A stretch of 64,000 nucleotides of DNA from Candidatus Methanomethylicaceae archaeon GD_Cm_T35_P0_bin.15 (GTDB lineage Archaea > Thermoproteota > Methanomethylicia > Methanomethylicales > Methanomethylicaceae). Shown in pieces: positions 27,479 through 35,457 of the stretch (position 1 is its first letter; every line of letters starts with the position of its first letter). The stretch lies in the NCBI GenBank assembly GCA_038801785.1, contig JAULTD010000002.1, positions 7,993 to 71,992 on the forward strand, read 5' to 3'. Under the pieces are notes generated by a model. The model saw only the letters and a list, made by a program, of their open reading frames with translations, was not told the DNA's origin and ran no database searches. The translations under genes and the position numbers were made by a program.

Positions 27479-29239
27479 ATGTCCAAGTTTACCATATCCG
27501 AAGTCATCCTTGAGAACTTCATGTCGTACGAGTATGCCAGGGTGCCCCTTAAACGCGGCCTGAACCTCATATCGGGCCCCAATGGCGCAGGAAAGTCCTC
27601 GATCCTCCTGGCGATATCCGTAGCGACCGGCCAGAGCTACACCGAGCGCTCGAGGAAGCTAGCCGACCTCATCCGCCGGGGTAAGGAGACCGCCCGCGTG
27701 ACCCTCGTCTTGGACAACAGTCCCGACGGAGGGAAGAGGCCTGTTCCCTTCATCAACAGCGACTCGGTGGCCGTCTCCAGGTACCTGAAGAAGGACGGGA
27801 CCTACTGGTTCGAGATCAACAACAGGGAAGCGGGCAAGTTCGACATCAACCGCCTCTTCAAGAGCGTAGGAATGAACCCCGACAACATGCTCGTGATAAT
27901 GCAGCAGAACATGATCGAGGAGTTCGCCATCACCTCGCCCGAGAAGAAGCTGAGGATGGTGGAGGAGGCCGTCGGCTTCTCGCAGTACCGGAAGGCGATC
28001 TACGATGCGGAGGAGAAGCTGAACCGCATACTCGGCGAGGAGGAGGCGACATCCCAGCTCCTCGTCAGCGCCGAGCAGACCCTCGCTTACTGGAAGGATC
28101 TATTCGACAGGTACAACGAGAAGAAGTCCCTCTCGGAGAAGAAGGCATACCTGGAGAGGGAAGCCGCCTGGGCCCAGATCCTGAAGAGCGAGCGGGCGCT
28201 GACAACGATCGAGGAGAGGCTGCGCCTCAAGGCGTCCCAGCTCGAGGACCTCAGGAAGAGGATAGCCGAGGCAGAAAAGTCTGCGGGGGGCCTCTGGGAG
28301 GATTACCTTGCGGAGAAGGAGTTCCTCCGGTCCCTCCTCTCGGACCGCGGCGGCGAGGACCAGATGAGGAAGCTCGGGGTGCTCGACGAGAAGATCGACG
28401 CGACGATCAAGGGCTATGTCGATGCGCGGGTCGAGGCCGCGGTGATGCGCTACCGCACAGAGGGGCTGGAGTCCGACATCAAAGAGTTGCGGTCATCGCT
28501 CAACGAAGCCAAGCAGAATTTGGAGGAGTCCAACAAGCTCAGGGAGAAGGCGGGCGACCGGATCGAGACCAGCAGATCCGCCCCCGAGATCACCGAGGAG
28601 CTGAAGTACGTCAACGCACACCTGCTCTCCCTCGGCGACGTCCCGGATGACGCGCCGTCCATGTATGAGGCCTACCTCAAGACCTACAACGAGCTAAAGG
28701 AGAAGGTGACCGTCGTCGGCGAGAACAGGAAGAGGACGATAGAGGAGCTCGATGAACGGAAGAAGGTCTGGAAGGGCATAATGGAGCGCCTCGTAGAGGA
28801 GATCAACCCGATCTACCGCGACGTCCTGGGGAGGGTCGGAGGCGTCGGATCGATCCGCCTCTCGGGGATGGAGGATCCGGATCGTGCGGGGATAGAGGTC
28901 ACTGTGGGGTTCAGGGGGGTCTCCCCCGTAGTGCTCGATGCCTATGCCCAGAGCGGCGGGGAGAGGGCGGTCTCGACGATGGCGTTCCTACTCTCGCTCC
29001 AGCACCAGCTCAAGTCGCCGGTTAGGGCGGTCGACGAGTTCGACGTGCATATGGATCCATCGAACAGGGAGGCGATGATGAGGATGCTCTTCTCGTTCAT
29101 GAGCGAGAACGCAGACGTCCAGTTCATAATGATCACGCCGAGTCAGCTAAGCGCTGTGGGTAAGTTCGCCAACATCGTCTTCGTCCAGAACGTGCGCGGG
29201 AGATCGGAGGTGGCAAAGGCTGCCATCGCCACGCCCTGA
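27479..29239 (+). CDS. short hinge-less SMC-like ATPase with SMC5/SMC6-like head motifs
   Basis: 586 aa. Walker A GPNGAGKS (33-40), Q-loop VIMQQN, signature QSGGERAVST (490-499), Walker B/D-loop VRAVDEFDVHMD, and QFIMITPSQL. Residues ~165-445 are heptad-rich and charged with a central SDRGGED break. No hinge domain and no CxxC hook. Confidence 0.85.
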   Translation: MSKFTISEVILENFMSYEYARVPLKRGLNLISGPNGAGKSSILLAISVATGQSYTERSRKLADLIRRGKETARVTLVLDNSPDGGKRPVPFINSDSVAVSRYLKKDGTYWFEINNREAGKFDINRLFKSVGMNPDNMLVIMQQNMIEEFAITSPEKKLRMVEEAVGFSQYRKAIYDAEEKLNRILGEEEATSQLLVSAEQTLAYWKDLFDRYNEKKSLSEKKAYLEREAAWAQILKSERALTTIEERLRLKASQLEDLRKRIAEAEKSAGGLWEDYLAEKEFLRSLLSDRGGEDQMRKLGVLDEKIDATIKGYVDARVEAAVMRYRTEGLESDIKELRSSLNEAKQNLEESNKLREKAGDRIETSRSAPEITEELKYVNAHLLSLGDVPDDAPSMYEAYLKTYNELKEKVTVVGENRKRTIEELDERKKVWKGIMERLVEEINPIYRDVLGRVGGVGSIRLSGMEDPDRAGIEVTVGFRGVSPVVLDAYAQSGGERAVSTMAFLLSLQHQLKSPVRAVDEFDVHMDPSNREAMMRMLFSFMSENADVQFIMITPSQLSAVGKFANIVFVQNVRGRSEVAKAAIATP

Positions 29240-29418
29240 AATCACCTTAACCTTTTTATCATTACATCTGCTTCAATATGATTGTTGCAGTTGTCACAGG
29301 GGGATTATCACGACTGCGGGTACACCGTCGGAATGGCATCCTGAAGCCTCCCGGCTCCAGCCTCCTACACGATCGGTCCCCGTCACGCAGCCCCGTCTCA
29401 GGCCGGAGGTGATGCGTA

Positions 29419-30348
29419 TTGCCGCCGCACCAGCATGAACACAACAAGGCCTTTTACGAGGAGCTGGCGAGGATAGTCAACCTCTGCCAGAGCATCAGGA
29501 CTAAGAGCGACGATCCGTTCCTGGTGGACGTCCCCCAGAAACTTGCGATCCTGAAGAAGCTCCTGCCGAAGTGGAAAGCTCTCGATGAGCTCCTCATGGA
29601 TGCCGAGGCGCTGAACGAGCTCTCGCTCATGGTCAAGCTCCAAAGCGACTGGGTCAGGCGGCGCGCAACCGGCCTCTTCATAGATCCGTTTCTGATAGAG
29701 GTCAAGGTCAAGATGCTGAGCAAGGAGCACCTGGCGTCGGCGCTCCTATCCTCCTGGAGGCCTCTGATCGCCTCAGATCAGCTGACACCGCGGCGCCTTG
29801 CGCAGGCGATCGAATACTGGAAGGTCCTCCTCCCCCTCTCGCAGAGGATGGCGGAGGCCGAGCCCGTCCAGGAGACTGAGCAGAAAGTGATGACCGTATC
29901 CGACCTCATCCGCCTAAAGTTCCTCTCCGACAAGGTCTTCAACGAAGAGGTAAGAGGTATCGAGGCCGAGCTGGTCCGCAGCGCCGGAGGGGCCCCTGTC
30001 GACTACTGGAGCTTCGTGATCCGGGATACCTACGACGAGACCGTTATGAGGGCGTATGCCCTCAGTTTCCTCATCTCCAACGGGCACGCCGACCTCATCA
30101 TAAACCCGGTCGAGGAGACCATAGATATAGCCCCTGTCACAGGACCTGCGCTCAAGAAGGCGGGCAAGTCCGTACCGATCTCTATCCCCTACGAGAAATG
30201 GATGGAGATGCGCGGCCGCGGCAAGATCAGCCCGGCCGGAGGGCCTGAGCCGGCTCCGGGAACTGGGGCAGGCGGAGGCTGTCCTCCCGGGGCCGGGTCC
30301 GGTAGGGGCGGGATGGACTCGGAGGAAGGCGAGGGGACGATTACTTAA
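29419..30348 (+). CDS. kleisin-like (ScpA/Nse4-like) protein, tentative
   Basis: 309 aa. TTG start 7 nt after ggaggtga. The N-terminal helical segment DAEALNELSLMVKLQSDWVRRR resembles the ScpA 'LvmaAtLlxiKSrxL' region. The C-terminal ETVMRAYALSFLISNGHADLIINPVEETIDI resembles the ScpA winged helix (vvtFLAlLEL...v.l.Q...f.eI.i). Gly/Pro-rich tail. Confidence 0.5.
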   Translation: MPPHQHEHNKAFYEELARIVNLCQSIRTKSDDPFLVDVPQKLAILKKLLPKWKALDELLMDAEALNELSLMVKLQSDWVRRRATGLFIDPFLIEVKVKMLSKEHLASALLSSWRPLIASDQLTPRRLAQAIEYWKVLLPLSQRMAEAEPVQETEQKVMTVSDLIRLKFLSDKVFNEEVRGIEAELVRSAGGAPVDYWSFVIRDTYDETVMRAYALSFLISNGHADLIINPVEETIDIAPVTGPALKKAGKSVPISIPYEKWMEMRGRGKISPAGGPEPAPGTGAGGGCPPGAGSGRGGMDSEEGEGTIT

Positions 30349-30363
30349 GCGAGGGTGTGACAG

Positions 30364-30975
30364 ATGAGCGAAGATGCATCCCTATCAAGGAAGATAAAGA
30401 AGGCAACCCAGCTCCTGATGTACCAGCACCACAGGGTCCCGGGCGCCAAGGGCTGGGAACTGAGGAGGGTGGTCGGGAAAGACTATATGAGGGTGATAAA
30501 GCTGCTCGAGAGGCGGCTCGAGGACCTTGGCCTCGAGGTGAAGATCGTCTACAAGGACGGAATTGACCTTCCGAACCCTACCGCGGAAGACTTTGAGCAG
30601 GCTACGTTCTACGTCCTGTCCAAATCCCCCCTCCAGATGGGCGAGATCTCGCTCTCCGGGTGGAGGATAGATACCCTGGCTGTCTTGGCGGCGTCGCTGG
30701 CCTATATAATGTCCAAGCAGGGGAAGGCGCCGAGGCGGGACGTCGAGGAACTCCTCATGGAGAAGTTCCCTGACTGGAAGGTCGACTACGACCTGAACCG
30801 CTTCATCAAGCGAGGCTATCTCGACGAGGACGACTCGGGCAACCTCTTTGTAGGATGGAGGACACGGGCAGAGATCGACCGGAAGAAGCTCCTCGAGATA
30901 GTCGCTGGGTCGGTCACAGAGCCCGCCCCAGAGGCTGAGACCGGGCCTGATACAGGCATTGAGACCACGACCTGA
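30364..30975 (+). CDS. tandem winged-helix 'kite'-like protein (ScpB / MAGE-Nse3-like), tentative
   Basis: 203 aa. First WH: KATQLLMYQHHRVPGAKGWELRRVVGKDYMRVIKLLERRLEDLGLEV. Second WH: DTLAVLAASLAYIMSKQGKAPRRDVEELL...RFIKRGYLDEDDSGNLFVGWRTRAEIDRKKLLE. The order and spacing parallel my recollection of the MAGE homology domain. Confidence 0.5.
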   Translation: MSEDASLSRKIKKATQLLMYQHHRVPGAKGWELRRVVGKDYMRVIKLLERRLEDLGLEVKIVYKDGIDLPNPTAEDFEQATFYVLSKSPLQMGEISLSGWRIDTLAVLAASLAYIMSKQGKAPRRDVEELLMEKFPDWKVDYDLNRFIKRGYLDEDDSGNLFVGWRTRAEIDRKKLLEIVAGSVTEPAPEAETGPDTGIETTT

Positions 30976-31157
30976 ATCGGTCGGGCGTGATGAGTTGGCC
31001 GGTTATATCGGTACCCTGGACCCTGGCTGGCCTCATCCCCTGCCCGATAAACCCGACCGAATACTTTTCACTGTCTCGGTCTCCTTCGGAGACGTCCAGA
31101 GGTACGGCCACTGACTCTCTCAGTAGCGCGTCTCAGTTCGAAGGGTCAATAAGCGAG

Positions 31158-31442
31158 TCAGGTCAGTTCCGACAACTTCTTCTCTATCTTCAGGGCAAGC
31201 TCAGTGTATTTGGGATTGAGGGTCTCGATCTCGTAGGTAATCTTGTCCTCCTTCTTCTTGATTGGAACGTTGATCACCGGGTCGAAGCCGAGGAAGTCTG
31301 CCTTCCCCACGCGGAAACCGCCGAACTGCTGCTCGACGATTATGGTGTCGATCTCATGTTTGGGAGGTAGCGCCGACTCGATACGCTTGCGGGCCTCCGT
31401 TCTGAATTGGGCTAAATCCATACTCTCCCCCCAATTTATCAT
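31158..31442 (-). CDS. small hypothetical protein
   Basis: 94-aa ORF, or 87 aa from the internal ATG 31421, which fits the TATA-like tttattag at 31455-31462 better. No family recognised. Confidence 0.45.
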   Translation of the reverse strand: MINWGESMDLAQFRTEARKRIESALPPKHEIDTIIVEQQFGGFRVGKADFLGFDPVINVPIKKKEDKITYEIETLNPKYTELALKIEKKLSELT

Positions 31443-31457
31443 CCGCAGTTATCACTA

Positions 31458-31490
31458 ATAAATGTTATCACCAGTGGTGATAACATTTAT
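31458..31490. promoter_or_regulatory. perfect 15-bp inverted repeat operator overlapping divergent TATA-like boxes
   Basis: ataaatgttatcacc-agt-ggtgataacatttat. A third half-site gttatcac lies at 31448-31455. It sits between the 94-aa ORF (-) and the AbrB-like ORF (+). Confidence 0.6.
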
Positions 31491-31541
31491 AAGCACGCTG
31501 CCCCAAGCATGTACCATTGCTGGTACTGCTGAGGTAAGAGC

Positions 31542-31715
31542 ATGGTCCGGGAAGGGGTTGGCAGCATATTCAGGAGGAAGGACGGAAAGTTCTTCATTTA
31601 CCTCCCCCAGGGGGTGGTTGAAGATACAGCATTCCCGTTCGAGATCCATTCCTCGATGAAGGTGATGGTAAGATTCACCGATGACACGATAGTCATCGGG
31701 CGTCTGGGTAAATAA
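31542..31715 (+). CDS. AbrB/SpoVT/MazE-like small DNA-binding protein (absent from the ORF track, 57 aa)
   Basis: MVREGVGSIFRRKDGKFFIYLPQGVVEDTAFPFEIHSSMKVMVRFTDDTIVIGRLGK*. The pattern G-x-hhh-LP-x-x-h...h-x-V-x-h...hhI is typical of swapped-hairpin AbrB-type domains. gaggt lies 7 nt upstream. Confidence 0.5.
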   Translation: MVREGVGSIFRRKDGKFFIYLPQGVVEDTAFPFEIHSSMKVMVRFTDDTIVIGRLGK

Positions 31716-31911
31716 TCCCCTTCTAATTCTGATGGCATTCCTGCACATGCGATGCAAGCGATCCGGGACGTCAAGGGAGCGGTATGGCATAAGGGACATG
31801 GTGCTTGGATGCGGCGCGGGCGGGGCTAGATTTTTATGGCTTAGCGCCAAGTATTATATTGCCTTGGACGCTGTCTCCGCAGGGGGAACGGGTCGGCCAG
31901 TGCCGAGAACG

Positions 31912-32217
31912 ATGCAGCTACCGGGTTCGAAGCCGAGGAGGTCCTTCTATGAGATCCTCTCCGAGATCCTTATGGCTGCGCGGAGGAGGGGAGGGGCAAA
32001 CAAGACCCTGATAGTGTATAAGGCAAACCTCAACTTCACGAAAGCCGAGGAGTATCTGGGCCTGCTCGAGAGGAACGGATTCCTCGAATCATACCGCTGC
32101 GGGAGGACCATCTACAAGACGACGGATAAGGGCATCGAATTCCTCGCGCGATATAAAAGCCTCACTGACCTCGTCGGGAGCGGGAAGGTATCGTCGAACG
32201 GTCGTGGTTGCCCGTAG
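31912..32217 (+). CDS. winged helix-turn-helix regulator (COG3432/HTH_45-like)
   Basis: RRSFYEILSEILMAARRRGGANKTLIVYKANLNFTKAEEYLGLLERNGFLES...YKTTDKGIEFLARY. An internal ATG 31912 is preferred over the track start 31732. Confidence 0.7.
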   Translation: MQLPGSKPRRSFYEILSEILMAARRRGGANKTLIVYKANLNFTKAEEYLGLLERNGFLESYRCGRTIYKTTDKGIEFLARYKSLTDLVGSGKVSSNGRGCP

Positions 32218-32239
32218 GCTCCCTTTCTGCCTGCCGGGC

Positions 32240-35113
32240 TCAGGTGCCCGGGGGAGCCCTCCTCATCCTGCTCTTCAGGGCGCTCCTCTCCTCTTTCAGG
32301 ATGAGGTCCACTAGGTAGTCCAGGTCCCTGATCTCCGAGGTGATCAGAGTGATCGCCACCGGTCTGGGCAACCCCCTCGCGGCCAGGACGAGCGCGGCCA
32401 TCCCGCCATACCTCCCCACCAGCTCCCCGCTCTCGACTGCCGACTTGTACATCCTCCTGAACTTCTCCGCGACCTTGCCTGTCGCCGCCTTCTCGGCTGC
32501 CATCTGCTCCACTTCCGCCGGGTCATCTGTCAGGAGACCGATCCTCTCCGAGCCGCAGACCGGGCACCTCACCTCTCCCATGAATTTCTTGACCCTCGTG
32601 TTCTCAACGTACCCGAAGCAGTTTGTGCAGACCGCCACGCGCGACTCGTTGAGCAGCCTGGCTTTACCCGATTCGATGAGGAGGCGGCGCATCCTGTCCG
32701 CCGGCACCAGGTCCGTCTTCCAGCTCAGCTCCCTCATGCCTATCATGGAGATGGGTGAGAGCGGCTTGTCGGGATCGGTGACCACCACCCTGTACTTCCC
32801 CTCGCCCATATCCTTGACCACCCTTGCCGTGCCCTCCAAGTCCAGATCCTTGAAGAACACCTCCTTCATCCCCTCCCTGTAAATGACCGATCCCTTGAGC
32901 CCCTCTGCCAGCTGGTTGAGCCCGACGTCCTCAAAGTCTGCCTTCTTCTCCACTACCCCTGCCCTCTTCGCCACGTGGAGGAGCCTCCTCTTGAAGAGTC
33001 CTGTCCTCTCCACCGCGGCTTCGACCATACGCCCCACCTCGCCGGCATCCATCCCCTTCAGTATCTCCGCTATGACGTGGGGGCTTACTTCCGTCTTCAG
33101 GAAGATCCTGTACGCGTCCTGCGATGCGCCGACACCGCTCCCGGTCCTCTGGGCGAGCATGTAGCCGAGGAGCCTGGAGAGGGTCTTGTTTATCTGGAGC
33201 CCGAAGGCGCAGCTGATGATGACGTACCCCTCCCACTCCTCGACCGTCACCGTCCTGTCTGTAGGTACGGGGAATCCCCCCTCCACCTGCTCCCTGACCT
33301 CCCTCAGCGATCTCGCAAGGATCTCCGGTGAGACCCTGTACTCCTTCCGGATCTCCTCCGCCGCCTCTTCGACGGTCTTCCCCCCTGCCAGTATCTCAGC
33401 GCCCATGCCCCTTATGGCGCCGACCTCCTGCGCGATCTCGAAGGGCACCGGTATCTCGTCCCCGACCCAGTCGGGTATGGCCCCAGTAGGGTCGCTCTCC
33501 GCCCTGACATAGACCGAGTCCTTGAAGATGTGGATTATCTTCCAGGGCGATCCCCTGACTATGAACTTCACTCCCGGCTCCCCGTACTCCGCCACGAACG
33601 CCTCGTCGAGGGTGCCTATCGGCTCGTCCTTCTCCTCGTCCACGACGATGAAATGCTTCTCCTCGGGGATCATCGAGAGGTTCTCAAAGTAGTACTGGTA
33701 GAGGCCCTCCGAGGGGCGCGGCCTGAGCACTAGGTCGTTCTCCGGTATGTAGAGGGCAAGCCTCGGCCGCCTGGTGGACATGTACTCCAAGACCTCCACG
33801 ACCTCCTCCTCCTTCAGGTCCGCGAAGGGGTATGTCCTGCGCGAGATCTCCATGATATCGTCCACCGTCCACCTCTCCTCGTCGAGCAGGAGCCCGGCGA
33901 TCTGGTGGATCAGCACGTCCGTCGGCCTCTCCACTATCTCCACCTCCTCGAGCTCCTCCTTCAGCCCCCTCTTTACTATAACCACCGACTCGAGTGCGTC
34001 GTCAGAGTCTATCGTTATCACCTTCCCCTTCGAGGTCCCCCCCACCCAGTGCCCTGCCCTGCCGATCCTCTGCAGGAGCCGCGTGACCTGCCTGGGCGAG
34101 TTGTACTGGACGACTAGGTCGATGCTCCCTATGTCTATCCCGAGCTCCAGCGACGATGTGGAGACAACTCCCCTCAGCTCGCCCTTCTTCAGATCCGTCT
34201 CCACTCCCACCCTAGAGGATTTTGCGAGGCTGCCGTGGTGGATACCTACCGGTATGTCGATGTCCCACACCCTGAACCTGCTGGCGAGGACCTCCGCCTC
34301 CGACCTAGTGTTGGTGAAGATCAGCGTCGATCTGTGGCCGTCTATCAGCTCCCTTATCCTCCTGAGCCTCGCGGCCACCTCAGGGTAGGTGGCTATCCTC
34401 TCCGCGAGCATGGTGTCCTTCTGGCCCGCCTCGGGGAGCTCCACGTCTATGTCCATGCTCTTCGCCACAGAGACCCTGACGATCTCGCACTCCCTGTGAA
34501 CCCCGACTAGGAACTTTGCGACCTCACCCGGGGAGCCTATCGTCGCGGAGAGTCCGATGATCTGCGGCTCCGACTCCGTGATCCTCCTCAGCCTCTCGAG
34601 CGCGAAGGCGAGCTGGCTCCCCCTCTTGTCGTTCGTCAGCTCGTGAACCTCGTCGACCACGACCCACCTCACCTTGGCAAGGTGTCTCTTCATCGTCCTG
34701 CCAGGCAGGATCGCCTGGAGGGTCTCCGGCGTGGTTATCAGTATGTCCGGCGGGGCGAGCGCCTGTCTCCCCCTCTCCTTGACCTCTGTATCCCCGTGCC
34801 TGACCGAGACCTTCAGGTCGAGCTTGTTGCACCACCAAGTCAACCGCTCGAGCAGGTCCCTGTTGAGGGCCCTCAGGGGCGAGATGTAGAGCACCTTTAT
34901 GCCGCCCCTGCCACCCTCCCTCACCAACCTGTCCAGTATCGGGAGAAATGCTGCCTCGGTCTTCCCCGTCCCCGTCGGCGCGATGACCAGGACATTCTTT
35001 CCTCCGAGTATAAGCGGTATGGCGTCCCTCTGTATCTCTGTAAAGACCTTGAACCCTTTCTCCGCTACTATCCGCTGGACCGGTTTGGAGAGCTGCGATA
35101 ATATTCCGCTCAT
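32240..35113 (-). CDS. Lhr-type large superfamily-2 (DEVH) helicase
   Basis: About 957 aa. FTEIQRDAIPLILGGKNVLVIAPTGTGKTEAA, VVVDEVHEL, SAT, HHGSL and QRIGRAGH. The C-terminal region carries a zinc ribbon (CTNC...CPVCG). Confidence 0.9.
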   Translation of the reverse strand: MSGILSQLSKPVQRIVAEKGFKVFTEIQRDAIPLILGGKNVLVIAPTGTGKTEAAFLPILDRLVREGGRGGIKVLYISPLRALNRDLLERLTWWCNKLDLKVSVRHGDTEVKERGRQALAPPDILITTPETLQAILPGRTMKRHLAKVRWVVVDEVHELTNDKRGSQLAFALERLRRITESEPQIIGLSATIGSPGEVAKFLVGVHRECEIVRVSVAKSMDIDVELPEAGQKDTMLAERIATYPEVAARLRRIRELIDGHRSTLIFTNTRSEAEVLASRFRVWDIDIPVGIHHGSLAKSSRVGVETDLKKGELRGVVSTSSLELGIDIGSIDLVVQYNSPRQVTRLLQRIGRAGHWVGGTSKGKVITIDSDDALESVVIVKRGLKEELEEVEIVERPTDVLIHQIAGLLLDEERWTVDDIMEISRRTYPFADLKEEEVVEVLEYMSTRRPRLALYIPENDLVLRPRPSEGLYQYYFENLSMIPEEKHFIVVDEEKDEPIGTLDEAFVAEYGEPGVKFIVRGSPWKIIHIFKDSVYVRAESDPTGAIPDWVGDEIPVPFEIAQEVGAIRGMGAEILAGGKTVEEAAEEIRKEYRVSPEILARSLREVREQVEGGFPVPTDRTVTVEEWEGYVIISCAFGLQINKTLSRLLGYMLAQRTGSGVGASQDAYRIFLKTEVSPHVIAEILKGMDAGEVGRMVEAAVERTGLFKRRLLHVAKRAGVVEKKADFEDVGLNQLAEGLKGSVIYREGMKEVFFKDLDLEGTARVVKDMGEGKYRVVVTDPDKPLSPISMIGMRELSWKTDLVPADRMRRLLIESGKARLLNESRVAVCTNCFGYVENTRVKKFMGEVRCPVCGSERIGLLTDDPAEVEQMAAEKAATGKVAEKFRRMYKSAVESGELVGRYGGMAALVLAARGLPRPVAITLITSEIRDLDYLVDLILKEERSALKSRMRRAPPGT

Positions 35114-35457
35114 AAATGTAATGACGAGTACTTGTCCCCCCATAAATATCCTTTTCCCGTACCATCATAATCGGAAAGATCGACGGGGGACAGCGAGGGA
35201 AGCCAGTCCATATGCTGGCATTCTCGTGTAACGGCCGCTGATCTCGGGTTACGCCGCCCAGACCACCAAAGGGCACGCTGACCCCTTGCGCCCTCGGCTT
35301 CCCCCGGACCATGAATAGGCTCCCCTGCCGGCAGATCGTCGAATACACAAGGTATATCTGTGACTGATCACAGAAAGAAGACTGGGTCAGGTGCCCGGGC
35401 CGCCCAGCGGCTGATGATGAAAGCTGATTGCGGCCGTAGCATCAGGAGGCAAGCTGA

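Noticed and set aside
31455-31850. 131-aa minus-strand ORF and 65-aa plus-strand ORF (31462..31659) in the palindrome region
   Set aside because: Neither has protein-like features, and both would begin or end inside the operator palindrome. A different plus-strand frame gives a clean 57-aa AbrB-like ORF with an RBS.
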